64,000 bases of DNA from Amoebidium appalachense. Taxonomy: Eukaryota > Protista > Ichthyosporea. The notes beneath the pieces were generated by a model that worked only from the letters and a program-made list of their open reading frames with translations, searched no databases and had not been told where the DNA came from. A program made the position numbers and the translations under genes. Below, in pieces: positions 28,888 through 41,536 of the stretch. The stretch covers positions 8,696,907 to 8,760,906 of the forward strand of contig CAVNZM010000001.1 in the NCBI GenBank assembly GCA_963693365.1, read 5' to 3'. How positions within the stretch are numbered: position 1 is the first letter of the stretch; each line of letters starts with the position of its first letter.

Positions 28888-28927
<40 letters not shown>

Positions 28928-29001
28928 GTATGTATGTATGTATATGTATATACACATACATACATATATATAAATCACTCTCCCTCTCTCTCTCTGCGGG
29001 T

Positions 29002-29044
<43 letters not shown>

Positions 29045-29101
29045 CCCCCCCCCCCCCCCCCCCCTCTGTCTCTGCTCTCTCTCTCTCTCTCTCTTTTTTT
29101 T

Positions 29102-29166
<65 letters not shown>

Positions 29167-29256
29167 TATACCCAAGTCTCGAAGTCCAGCATGGCAAAGC
29201 CTCTGCTTAGGCCGTTGAAGCCAATGGCAATGTGGCAGAAATCAACCTTGCCGCAC

Positions 29257-29304
<48 letters not shown>

Positions 29305-30873
29305 GCCGGCAAGAGTGCGTGTACTTGTGTTTGTGTATTCTGGACGCCCGGATACCCAATGTTTGGGCAAAAAAACGGATGGGCAGCGAGAAACAAACCG
29401 GGTACGGAGCAAAGATGGGTGAAAACGGCAAGCAGTTAGTTACATGTGGTTACCAAACATCTAAATCACACGGTTAGTACATCTATCAAGGGGAAACACA
29501 CGTATACAAAGGAGAGCACCACACAAACAGTACGCACAGAACATCACATACAAACACCAAGCCTAAACCACCATGCCACCACAACCTACAAACACCAACA
29601 CACACAAACACACACACACAGATGTACAGACAGCGTGCACAACACACATGGAAAACCGGAAAAAACGAAAAAACGGAAGTGGAAGTACGGGGAAACACAG
29701 AGACTTCTTCTTTACCCCAAAGAGCTGACGGAGGTGCCCAACATCTTTGTAGTCGGTGGGGAGTTTGTCCACAAACAGGGTGCGCGACTGGGTTTTCTCA
29801 ATATCCTCAATGCTGCTCTCACACACACGTGCGTGCGTGCGTGTGCGTGTGCGTGTGTGCGTGTGTACGTGTATGTTCGTGTGTGTGTGCACGAATTTCT
29901 TATGTATACATGTGTGTGTATGTGTCTATCTAAAGCGTGCAGTTTTGGTTTGCTCCTATTTTCTCTCCCGCGTTTTTTTGGTACATTGTTTCAGGCAGGT
30001 TGAGAGTGGTTTGGTATGTGTGTGTGCTGAATATAGCGTCTAAGAAGCACCCGTGGTGAAACATGGTGTGAACGTGTGTGTGTTGACTTCATTGCTTGTG
30101 CATACACGTGTGTTTGTGTGCTTATTTTTCATGAGTGCACATGTGTGTAATGATTGCACGTTGTGAAAAACAAAGAAAGAAAGGAAAAAGCAGGGACCAA
30201 AAGAGGGGGAAAAAATGGTGGGAGGTGGGGAAAGAAGAATGAAGGAATGGAAAGAGGAAGTGAATGTATGGGTGAAACGAACGAAAGTGTGTGTTTTTCT
30301 TTGTTTCTTTTGTTTGAAAAAGGGATAATCTTGAGTAGAGATTCTCCTGTGGAAGAAAGAGGGAAGGAAAGAAGAGGGAAAAAAGGGTGGGACAAGGGCC
30401 CGTTGAAGGAATTAGCAAATGCCCCGTTTCTCCCCTCACCCCATCAACCCTACACCTCAACCTGCTAAATGTGCCCCTGCGAATTTGGCTAATCTCTCGC
30501 TAGCTACTGATACTAAAAACATCCGCACTTGCTACCCTTACAACACATGCACACACACTCTCTCTTTCTCTTGCCGATGTCTTCATACACTACTCCATCC
30601 CCTCACACCTACCCACCCCACACAGTAACTCACCCACCCACCCACCCACCCACCCAACACAAACACACGAGAACACAACGACAATACAGAGGGGGAGTCC
30701 ACCCACCCAGAGAAAATCTTCTCCACGCGCACGGGTCTGCCCCCCACGATCTTCTCCTTGACCTTGAACCGCAGCTGCTGAGCCTGCTCGTGCGTCGGGT
30801 ACTCAACCAGACCATAGCCTGTGAAATGACGCCATTCGTTATAAGCGAGGGGGGTTTGGGCAGGCGGCCCACG

Positions 30874-30911
<38 letters not shown>

Positions 30912-31686
30912 TAGAGTACAATGTACACAATAACGACCGACAACACACTGCATACTTTGCAACGAGGACCGAACACAAAAATAAGTATCGGCGATGACGA
31001 TGGCATGGGGAGGGGCCGGGGGGGGGGGGGGGTCATCCAGAGTGCCCGAATTTTGACCCATTCACCTGATCAACGACACCCAACTCAGATACTGGGTCCC
31101 TTGAACATGGATGGATAACCCGTCTTGATCTCAGGCGAGCCAAGTTACTTCTTGATCAACAACGAGTAGGATAACTTCTCTATAATCAAGGACGAGCAGG
31201 TTTGTTGGGGGAAGGGGGGGGGGGGAGGGGCATGGAACCTACGGGAGCTACGACATGTAAGGCGACAAAGACAAAGCATAAAACAGCAATCCGACGGATA
31301 TGGAGGGGGGAGGGGGGGGGGGTGTTGGAAAAGGAGGAGGGGGGGGGCGAGGGACGGGGGAAGGGAGGGGACAGAGGGTAAGAGGGGAGCACAGTACCCT
31401 TGCTCTTTCCAGTGGTAAGAGACTTGACCAGATATGCCCACTCGTAGTTGCCCACCATCTTGCAAATCTCCAAGAAGTCTTCCTCGGGGTAATCCAGTGT
31501 CAGACTGCCCACAAAGAGGATGTTGTCGTGGGGGTAGGAACGAAGAGTGATGCTCTTCCCCTTGTACTCGCGCTCGGCAAGGGCGGCGCGGGCGGCGGCG
31601 ACAGAGTCTGCGCCCTCGAACTTCACCTTGACCGTGGTGACCCCTGTGATGCGTGTGTGAAGAAATGGTTTGGTATGTGTGTGCAT

Positions 31687-31737
<51 letters not shown>

Positions 31738-32209
31738 GGGGGGGGGGGAAGAGAGGAGAGGGGGGGTTCTGTGTGTGCGTACATGTGTTGTGTGTGTGTG
31801 TGTGTGTACGTGTGTATATGTGTGTGTGTGCCTGTGTGTTAGTGTGTGTGTGTGTGTGTGAGCGAGGGTGGGTGGATCGATAAACGAATATGAATGAAGG
31901 AAAAAGGGGTGTAAGAGAACAAACTGAGCCGAGGGAAAACAGAAGCAACATACAATGCAATGGTCACTGGCGGGTGGCCTATGTCTTTGCCCACGGGGAA
32001 CCTAGAGGGAATGAGTGGGAGGGAGGATGGAAGGGACGGTGGAGAGCACCCGGGGGGGGGGGGGGGGGGGGGGGGGGGTAGAGAGTGTTACAAGGTATGA
32101 AATACACATTCCGACGGACACCACATTCATTGCAGATGTTGCACAGTACACATAAAGAGTATGAATCATGAACAGGGCCCGTCCTTGGGGGAGAAGAGGA
32201 GGGGGGGGG

Positions 32210-32250
<41 letters not shown>

Positions 32251-33591
32251 GCAATCAACTTGCAGAAAATAGAGCCGGAAAAAGAGTAAAAAAAAGATAG
32301 CGAAGGGAGAGTAAGGAAAAACCCACCTTCTCTTGTGATGACATCCAGTTGGGAGACAGCACCAAACTCCTTGAGCAGTTCACGGATTTCCTGTTCCAGA
32401 CAGGAACGTCAGCCCAAGTAAGGGATCATCTTGATAGATAGGCTAAGCCAAGTGCGAGAGAGGGTAGCTGCAGAAAACCAAACACACACCCCAGCACTCA
32501 TCCTTTTGCGCATGACAGAAGAAGCAAGGCCAAAGAAAACGGGAAAAAAGCATCACCGTCTACGACAAATTGAGATGTCCACGACAAAAAAAAAAAGGAT
32601 GAGAAGACCAAAGAGAAACAAGACCATGTGTGGATTGATATGTCCGTCTGAGTCTCTTTACAAGGAAGCCTCTTCCCTCCCCATCCCCTCCTCGCCCCGG
32701 TCTTTCCTCACATCACACACATACTCTATACCCTTCTCTAAAGTCAGAAAGAAGAAACGAATGTGTCTGCTAGTCCGTCTGTTCTGGGTAACCTTGTGTG
32801 TGCATCCCTGTACCCCTCCCCTCTCTCCCCCCCCCCCTCCCCAGCCCCCTGCCCCATCTCACTGTGTGTATGCATGTGCCCGTCCGTGTACGTGTGTCTC
32901 TCTCCCTCCACAATGTGTGTGTGATGTGCAGGCTGCACAAAGCACCCACCTCCTCTGTGGACTCTGGAAGCTCGGCCAAGATAAGGCCCTTGCGCTTGCC
33001 AAACTGCTCCCTGAACGCAGCAACACGTGCGTCCATCTCTGCCTGCTCCTCAGGTGTGGGCTCCTTGTCTTCCGGCAGGGGTTCATCCTCCTTTTCAACC
33101 GCCTCTTCCTCCACTTTTGGCTTCTCCCCCTCCGCTGCCTCTACCTTCTCACCCTCTCCCTCCATGCTTTCCTTGTTCTCCCCATCCTGTGTAGCTGGCG
33201 CCTCTTCAGCGGCGGCCGTTTCCTCATTCGCGCTATTCTCTGCCTTAGCTTCTTCCGCAGGCCGCTCTGCTGCGACTTCCTGTGCAGGCTCATCGGTTTC
33301 CATCTTTGCGGGTTCCTCGACCTTTTCCTCCGTTTCCAACTTTTGTTCTTCTGCTGGTGCTGGCTCTTCTTGTGCGGGCGCCTCCTCTGCGGGCTCTTCC
33401 TGAGCGGGCTCGGCAACTGCGGCCTCCACCTCCTTTTTCTCCTCTTGCTTTTCCTCCTGCGGTTGTTCCTCGACCTTTTCCGTTTGTGTTTCCTCCTGTT
33501 TCTCTTCCGCCACTGGCTGGACAGGGGCGGGGGCTTCCTCTACTGCCTCCTCCGCCGCCTGCTTGGCGCGCCTAGTGCGTCTTGGAGGCAT
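21276..33591 (-). CDS. RAVER1: Raver-like hnRNP: acidic N-terminus, 3 RRMs, G/P/M- and Q/Y/A-rich C-terminus. Exons approx. 33591-32950, 32390-32327, 31643-31398, 30818-30707, 29812-29716, 29258-29172, 28702-28519, 28003-27853, 27319-27002, 26727-26655, 26055-25993, 25204-25178, 24627-24607, 24185-24063, 23307-23038, 22719-22373, 21849-21556, 21338-21276
   Basis: RRM1 [22 protein letters not shown]; RRM2 [31 protein letters not shown]; RRM3 [55 protein letters not shown]. These match my recollection of Raver1 RRM1-3 (e.g. HSRCLCVDRLP..FCQLA..KGFAVLEYET..LRVSFCAP). Ends DPNKRPRY*. Exon 22719-22373 needs two 1-nt homopolymer corrections. The symbol means family-level similarity (RAVER1/2). Confidence 0.85.
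23880..24010 (-). mobile_element. Degenerate copy of the dispersed intronic repeat family (3' module)
   Basis: Reverse complement reads tgaggacgggttctgcttataatgcata...gtgtacttcata, versus family consensus tgaggatgggctctgcttatgacgcata...gcgtacttcgta. Confidence 0.6.
24780..25065 (-). mobile_element. Two fragments of the dispersed repeat family, one split by an insertion
   Basis: Plus strand shows ttgaatgcgtcgtaaagtacgaagtac, ttgaatgcggagtacggtacgaag...cacatgcaaaggca and aagtatgcagcatcagcaagcgcacag, all reverse complements of the consensus. Confidence 0.7.
25460..25983 (-). mobile_element. Three copies or fragments of the dispersed repeat family (about 25460-25580 degenerate, 25779-25888, 25912-25983)
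   Basis: tttgaatgcggtacacggtacggagtacgcatacacgatgagaagcatggtgcaggacacgtgcaaaggcaaacattcaag is the reverse complement of the consensus. Confidence 0.85.
31033..31205 (-). mobile_element. Diverged copy of the structured 5' module of the repeat family
   Basis: Reverse complement gatcaagacgggttatccatcc...tatctgagttgggtgtcg...gaatgggtcaaaattcgggcac..gatgac aligns with 45928-46032. Confidence 0.7.
32078..32190 (-). mobile_element. Degenerate copy of the repeat family (3' module)
   Basis: Reverse complement begins ccccaaggacgggccctgttcatgattcatac and ends in poly-C. Confidence 0.5.
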
Positions 33592-34019
33592 TTTCTACAC
33601 CGAGAGCTATAAACTCCACAAAATAATTGTCTCGGAAGAAGGTGGAAAAAACGAAAAAGTCTTGAACGGTGGCGGGAAAAAACTTTGAATGCTTTCTGTG
33701 CCGGCCACAGCGCTGGCGCGCCAGCAGTCTGTCAATTGCGACGTCACATAATGGGCCTTATGTGAGAAGTCTATTTGGGGTTTACGCTGTTTATTTCCCA
33801 AAGTTGTTTTGAAAGGTTTACATTGCAGACTGAAAGCGCCAGTAGATAATTTTACGCAAACATATATATCATGTCAACAAATGTATAAAGACTTGATCAC
33901 TTATATTTATCTCTTGAGTACAGTGTCGTGTAGCGTATTGCGGCCATACGGCAGCAAGACGGCACTTATATTGCAGGTCAGATCCCAACTCCACGTGCGT
34001 TGTGGCACAAAACACCGTG

Positions 34020-34059
<40 letters not shown>

Positions 34060-34384
34060 CCGTGACACTTATACGTACGAGGACACCACGGCACAGCGTG
34101 GCACAGGCATCCATATATATTATATTCCATACATAATAAACATCGGGCGCAAATGAAACAACCGACCTCCCCCCTCCCCCCTCCCCCCTTCCTCCCTCTC
34201 TCTTCTGCTCTTCTTGGTTCGGAGGCTCTTGCGGGGCTTGCTTGCTCTTCAATCGTTTTTAACACGTACTCCTACTTCTCCGCCCCTTGTCCGGACACTT
34301 TTCCCCGCACAACCTCCCTGAACCTTTCCACGACGTTTCAGTGCACGCCCCGGTAACAACTGCACGCAAAACACAATCACGCGC

Positions 34385-34422
<38 letters not shown>

Positions 34423-35204
34423 GTGTACATTCTTGCAGTATTGCTTCGTCCGAACAGCAGGACTTTTACCGTGAAACATGCACACCATGGTGTGATTGAG
34501 CTATTCTAATAGAAACCAAAAACGTTGATCGGAACGATAGTAAGAAGTCGGCGGATAAGGGGTCCTGGAAGGGAGGGCCCGGGAGAGCCATTGAGGTACT
34601 TGGAATGGATTGCGGGGGAGGGGGGGGGGGGGGGGGGGGGATCTTGGGTGAGATTGAAGGGATACGGGGGACCCACTACCGCCGGAGATAGGTGGGTGTG
34701 TCTGGGGGGCCCCCGGACGGGGGTGGGGAGGGGGAGGGAGGGTCACACCAAAAAGACTTCTGTTTCCGGCACCCAAATCCAAAATCATCACTGAAGAGCA
34801 CAAAAACTTGACCGGTACTCGAAAATACACAGGGAGGGGGGGGAGGATCACAAGGGGTATCAAGTCTGATCGCTATTTATGTAGAAGACGAAATGTGTAC
34901 GTGCATCACTTTGATTCCTACGGCCTATCGAAAGGAGTTTGCAGTGTGCCTGTCACATGTCGCATTGACCGGGAGTGATTGAGTGCGCCGTTCACGAAAT
35001 TGGTGCGAAATGCATGCGTACTTTGTGCGCACATGTACGCTTGTGTGCGAGCTCGCACCATGGCCACATTTACCAACCTGCCTCTTCCCTGCCTCTTCTG
35101 TGCATGTGCAACAGGATGGCATGCCAGCTCTTTACACTTTTTGACGGGAATTTTCTGTGTTTACATAGATCCGTACACCTTGCGGTGGGGGGGGGGGGGG
35201 GAGG

Positions 35205-35272
35205 GGGATAACTTGACTCGAAGACCCGTGTGTTGGGGGGGAGGATAACTTGACTCGAAGACCCGTGTGTTT
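35205..35272 (+). repeat. Short direct repeat, 2 x GGATAACTTGACTCGAAGACCCGTGTGTT
   Basis: Two identical 29-mers separated by a G run. Confidence 0.85.
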
Positions 35273-35489
35273 TGTCGAAACTATAAGCAAGACTCTTGAG
35301 GTGTCGATATTATGACATGTGGCAGTACATAGCAGGTTAGTGATATTCTGAATCGTTTGCCGTGACGGTCCGACCTGGCTGCCGGACGGCCTGATATAGG
35401 AAGGCCAGGTGGGGAGGGGAAGAGGGGGAGGGGGGAGGGGGGGAGGGGGGGGGGTGGCAAGCGATGAGGAGGGGAAGGCCCTGGGGAGG

Positions 35490-35528
<39 letters not shown>

Positions 35529-36268
35529 GGGGGGGGGGCGGGGAGTCTGGCCTTTAGGTCCTTTCGTGAGTCATGTGCAGCCAGGTTAACACTCCATCCT
35601 GTGCTTTACCATGGTATGCATATCGTGTACATGTCCAGTGCACGTGTCATGATTTTCGTGGCAGTGCTCGCGATCGGTAAGTCACTACTGTATCAGCCCG
35701 TTATTCCCCACAACCGGTAAGTTAAACTTATGTGGTGGCACCCAGGCCCCAACGCAAAGAAATCAGCTGTCACGTTTATTCATTCTCGACCCATTCAACC
35801 TAGGCCTGAACAACATAATCTTTTCCTGAACGTTTTTTTCGTTTTCGTTTTTTTCTTTTTGTATGCATATATATGGGCACACACTCGTTTTAAGAAGAAT
35901 TAAGTTCAAAAAAAAGAAGGGGAAAAGAGAAAAATCTCACCCTTTCTTTTTTTCTTCTTTTCTTTCTCTCTTTTTTTTTATTTATTAGTAATATTCCATC
36001 ACAGCAAAAATTTAAAAAAACAAATTTAATTCCGGCGAGTCAAACGAGGAAGAAGAACTTCAAGAAGAACTAGAAGAGGCTCTGAAGAACCCGGATTTCG
36101 AGAACGAATAAGGAGCCTGACACTCCGCGTCGCAAGAACGAGAAGAAAGCCTTTAGCCTACATCAGCGAAAGACAATTACTAAGTTAAGTGTTAGGAAGG
36201 CAAAGAAAATCGTGAAGAGGGAAGAAAGAAATACTATATTAACCCCTACTCTGAAAGAATTTCAAAGC

Positions 36269-36299
<31 letters not shown>

Positions 36300-36315
36300 A
36301 ATTGCAACTTGAACC

Positions 36316-36852
36316 ATGGCACTCAACGAGTACTACCAGGCTGCCACTACAACTCTCGAGGCTCTGATGGCCAAAATTGGGGAGGAAACTTTGCGCTGGA
36401 GAGGCTCGAGAAGGCGCAGTGGGCCAAAATGGAGCCCAAACTCGACACCAGCAACCTGCAAAACCCCATTACCCTCAACGTGGGGGGAACCCACTTTGCC
36501 CTCACCCTTAAGGATCTCACCAGCAAGCCGGGTTCGTATTTTGCCTCCATGTTTTCGGGTCGGTGGGACGCAAAGGTCGATAAGAACGGCACATATGCAT
36601 CATATCAACAGGAGCTCGAGCCCGGCAGTGTTTGGGTATGTGGCAGACCACCTGAGGGGGCGGAAGATATTTGTGGAGCTACTTATAACACCGATGGAAA
36701 AAAGACTTGCTAAAGAAGACGCAGAGTTTTACGGGTTGGAGCTCGAGGGGCTTGTGGACGAATTAGACCCCAACACAACGTGCGCTAGTACTCTCGAGCT
36801 CCACTGTGACACTTGGGAAGGCCTCGATTTTCCTCCCGATTCTTATAGTTAA
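36316..36852 (+). pseudogene. Intronless BTB/POZ (KCTD/T1-type) gene with two compensating frameshifts
   Basis: One frame gives PITLNVGGTHFALTLKDLTSKPGSYFASMFSGRW..DKNGTY; a second frame continues INRS..PAVFGYVADHLRG..EDAEFYGL. Shifts fall near 36385 and 36600. Confidence 0.7.
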
Positions 36853-37870
36853 CGCCACCCCACCGGAGTTTGGTGGTTTCGCACAGAGCTAGGCCTGAGG
36901 GACCATGGCATGCGCACTGAACGATGTATAGTAATACATAGTGGCTAGCTAGCGCTGACATATGTATTCTTTGCCTCGAGTAAACAGCGTAAACCCCATG
37001 TGCATGTGTGGTGCCTAAACGCGTGAACACGTCTGCATGCAGAACACCCTTAGGCTACTATATGCAGTGAAAACGGTTTGTGAGGAGTGTACCGTATACG
37101 TAGTCTGGTCGGTGCGTGCGGCAGCCTGTGTAGAGGTTGCAAGCCCATCGTGATAATGAAAATGGTATAGAAGCTTGCACGTACGAAGAACAGACGTGCA
37201 CAACATCGGGACATAATTATGCATGAAGCGCGTGCACACACATTCGAACATACACACAGCAGTAGCTACAGTGCGTGCGGATGCGTTTGGCAATGGCATG
37301 CACCCATGCACACCGCGCACACCGTACAAAAACATCATCACGGCCTTGGCTATGTAGTACTAGTACTTCCCACTGACTGATTCAAGTCTAACGTAACACT
37401 ACCACCAAGTCTACAGTACTGAGCCATAAGGCTTTTCAGCTTCACCCATAGCCTTGACGGTGATGGCGGTGGTGATGGCGTTCGTGTGTGTGCACATCTG
37501 CTTTTTTTTTTCTTTCTTTCTTTTTTCTTTTTTTTTTTTCGGTTTGTTGGTTTGTTGGTTGGATTTTTTTGGTGGGTGGGTGGGTGGGTGGGTGGGGGGG
37601 GGGGGGGGGGGGGGGGGGGGGCTAGGGGGAGAGGGGTTTGCTGTTGGTCGGAACGGCCCTCTGATGAACAACCTCATTACGGTTGATACTGGCATCAAAT
37701 ACGTCTTTATAATTCTCTCTCACGTACACACACCGTCCACATGGTGGGATCATGGATCTATAGCCGCGCCGGGGCACATCCCACCAGCCATCTTTACCGC
37801 CTACAACCCCATAACACATTGCCCTTCTTCCCTCTTCCCCCCCCGTCTTTAGCAAATCACTTGCACGTGT

Positions 37871-38035
37871 TCACTTGGTGGGATCCCATGCCTCAATCTT
37901 GGGGCGGGTGGTGCGGAAGGGAATGTAGTCTCCGTGGGTGCCCGTGGGGTGGGCCTTGGGTGCAGCAACCCATTCGGGGGTGGGGCACGGCTTCTCGGTG
38001 GGGGGGATGTCACCCATGTAGTGGATCCATCGGTG

Positions 38036-38094
<59 letters not shown>

Positions 38095-38568
38095 TGGTGG
38101 TTGTGGTGGGGGGTGGGTGGGTGGGGGTGGGGGGAGGGTGCACGGGAAAGGGTGTTAAATCTGTGTTAAGAGTACGAAGTGCACACTCATGACGGGCAGC
38201 ACAATGCAGATTGTAACACACATACAAAGACGTATGTATAACAAGCAAAGCTCATCCTCAGGGGGGGCCCAAGCCATCTTCCCGAGAGGAGAGAGAGGGA
38301 GGGGGGGGGGGGGGGGGGGGGAGGGGGGGGGAGAGGTCGTCATTAAAGGCGTAATGCACAGATGTGTCTCATGACTGTGCAACCCCCACCCCCGCCCCAC
38401 CTACCCACACCTAATACAATCGGTAGCGCTTCCAACAAGCATCGATAAGACTAAAACCACAGGTATTAAGTTCACCTCCTTCCCATATCCTGTACAGCGG
38501 TGCATGTGAATTAAAAGAGGGCAGTAAGGGAGGACGACCAGGACAGGAGAGGTGGGAGAAGGCGCCGG

Positions 38569-38614
<46 letters not shown>

Positions 38615-38777
38615 AGGGGCGGTATTGAAGGATTGGAAACAACGTAGGCAAAGCAGAGGTTTTCATAAAACAAAAGGCAAAGAAGACATCGATTCGGCAA
38701 AGCAGAAGAGCTTAGGCAAAGCAAAGGTCTTTCTCTTTCTTTCTTTTTGGTGGTGGTGCGTGTGCGTGCGTGCGTGC

Positions 38778-38822
<45 letters not shown>

Positions 38823-38911
38823 GGAGGGGGGGGGGAGGGAGGGGGGAGAGAGGAGGAGGCATGTACAATTAAGATTGGGAAGGCAAAGCAGGACCGAGCA
38901 CGAGTATTTCA

Positions 38912-38954
<43 letters not shown>

Positions 38955-39007
38955 TTGGGGGGGGGGGGGAGGGAGGAGATTGTGAAGCATAAGGTAGAAC
39001 CGGAAAA

Positions 39008-39047
<40 letters not shown>

Positions 39048-40164
39048 AACCCCCCTCCCCCACCTTCCCCCCGGGCCAAAGAAAAAAAAGGTTCCGCAAT
39101 TCAAGGGTTTATGTGAACATTGCATGCCCACAGGCAAAACGCCGATCTCTTTTGCGGATGTATTTGTACCACCAAAGAACCGAGCGCGCTGTGTCCCGTG
39201 GAAACACATACCCAAACGCATGTGCGAATGCCCATTACACTTGCCAAGTGTCTAAATAGCCAATATGTTCGTTATGGACTTCTTTCGATCGTGGCTAAGT
39301 GTGTGTTCTTGCAGATGCTTGATAGTGGACGTCTGGCTCTCCGTGCGTGTGGTGAGTGTGTGAGTGTTTGAGCGTTTGGGTGACTGCTTGGAAGCACGTT
39401 CGGGTGGGTGAGTGGGTGGATGTCGATGGCGGCGGTGTTGGTTTGAAAAAAGGAGGGTAACGGAGGCAGAGAGGGAGGGGAAAAGGGGGGGGGAAGAGGG
39501 AAGAAGGGGGGGAAGAAAGGGGAGGGAGGGAAGGATGGAGGAGAAGGGGGTGAGGGCAGGATGAAGGGAGGAAGTGAAGGAGAGATGGGGGCGGGAGAGA
39601 GGGAGGCTCACCAGGCAGGGGTGATGGTGGTGGGGTTGGGGTTGGCGTTGTCGGCATAGTCCACATATCGGTTGCGCGCTGCAGGTAAGTGCATACAGTC
39701 AGATGACCATGCCATACAGTCTCTCTTACAAGACTAATCTAAAGGTAAAAAAACAACCTTAATTTTGGGTGGTGGTGGTGGTGGGGGGAGGGGGGGGGGG
39801 GGCGGGGGAAGGCCCGAGGGGGGGGGGGGGGGGAGGGGGGGGGGGGGGGAGGCATGGACAGGGGATGGATCCGGATGGAGGGAGGGAGAGGGAGAGAGAG
39901 AGAAGGGGAGGGAGGAGCGAGCAGGAGTGGGAGGGGGTGGAGGCACACACACGAAGAGAAAACTGGGTTGCACAAAAAACTCAATGAAGGTTGGGACATC
40001 TAAGTGTACAGACAAATAAAGCAATGGAAGGTTGCGGAAGCAGATAATCCATGAAAAAGCCTTCTTCTATAAATGAAATCCAGGAATCACAAGCGGAACA
40101 GTGCAACTGCTCAATAAAGAGAAAACAAAGGTGCAAAGATAGAAGCTGGAGAAGAGAAGAGATG

Positions 40165-40234
<70 letters not shown>

Positions 40235-41536
40235 ATGCGTGCGTGTGAATGTGTGTAAGCTTGCGTGTGTGCGTGCACGTACGCGTGCGCATGCATGCCT
40301 GTATTGTGGGTGTTGTGTGTGTACATCCGCGCATGCCTGTGTGTGCCTGCTGTTGTCTGGTTCAGGCGCCGGAGATAACTATAAAAAACTTAAGGACGCG
40401 CATTGTATTTCACAACCCGGCAACACACCAACGCACAGCCCAAGACACTCCGCAAGAGAGCAGGACCAAGGGATAGCCAGGGCAGATGTTGGAGCGGAAG
40501 AATCTAGATTACGCGGGACAAGCGGAATGCAAGCACAAGCGTGTGCACGGATGCTCACACATACTCTTAGGCGCGGATGCTGGCACACAAACACACACAA
40601 ATACGTGTATACAACGAGAGCCCCACACAAGCGTCGCCCCAGTGAAGGAACATATTGTGTTGCTTTTATGGTATGTTCATGGTAACATAAACAGAAAAAA
40701 CAAAAAGGAGAAGGTAGAAGAGGTCTGAGAAGGCATTGTAGCAAAGAACCTCCATTCATGTTCGCCAATGTAACGTGACTTGACCGATAAGTTTTCAATG
40801 GCCAAAGTAAATAGGTATACTCCTTAACAGACACCAGGGCCGTATGCCATACTGTAGGTTTACGCGTGTGGATTGGTGAAACACTCGTCCGCTTGACTAA
40901 AATGGTTCCTATACCAGAGTAAAACACTATCATTTCTATCACTTAGAGTTGCCAGTAAGCACCAAAAGATCGGTTCTACTGTTTAAAGTGAAGAAAAGGG
41001 GTTTAGAGCGCTCTATGATCGCGCAAGCATGTGTTTTAACTGAATACGACCTCCTTACACGGTCTACTCGCTCATAAGCAGCAAAAGCCTATGCCTCCTG
41101 TTCTCAAGGAAGAATCTCGCTCGTTTCAACGAAGTTTAGCAGCTTTAAAACCTATAAAAAATAGAATGCGCTTGTCTTGCAATCCAGTTACATTAAAAAG
41201 GGTCATCCTGATGTTCCTCCCATAGTCTTTGTTCTGGTTTAAGATGTTGCTGGTGAAAAGAGGCGGCCGTGTGTGGCCACGCGAGCAAATTCCTCAACCC
41301 ACCTATATGCATAACAAACACACATACAAGGAAAAAAATTATAACGTGAGGGCGCAGCAGCACCTACCCATAATGTATCCGGGGTCCTCATAGAACTTGT
41401 TCCCGTTCTCATCCTGGCCCACAAAGTAGCCAGCACGGTAGTCCTTGGTGGTCATGATCCTCTGCACATAAGCCTGGACGCCACCAATGCGCTCCAGCTT
41501 GGTGCTGAACTGCTTGACTGCCTCACGAAGTGCCAT
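37871..41536 (-). CDS. NDUFA12: NADH:ubiquinone oxidoreductase subunit A12 (B17.2); exons 41536-41368, 39678-39612, 38036-37871; 133 aa
   Basis: [38 protein letters not shown]|[36 protein letters not shown] carries the family motifs (G.D..GNKYYE, R.RWV.Y, WH.WLH, Y.P..TT..KI..W.P). Intron phases match; total 402 nt. Confidence 0.93.
38153..38270 (-). mobile_element. Degenerate copy of the repeat family in NDUFA12 intron 2
   Basis: Reverse complement ccccctgaggatgagctttgcttgttatacatac...gcacttcgtactc. Confidence 0.6.

Noticed and set aside
32431-33612. 393-aa Leu/Phe-rich plus-strand ORF
   Set aside because: Antisense shadow of the Glu/Ala-rich first exon of the Raver-like gene.
40360-41230. 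Complex sequence and ORFs within NDUFA12 intron 1
   Set aside because: Frames are interrupted and show no recognisable homology or termini.
41239-41305. 'RWVE' after a TAG in NDUFA12 intron 1, mimicking the family's RWV.Y motif
   Set aside because: Followed by unrelated sequence and a stop; exon 39678-39612 fits both phase and homology.
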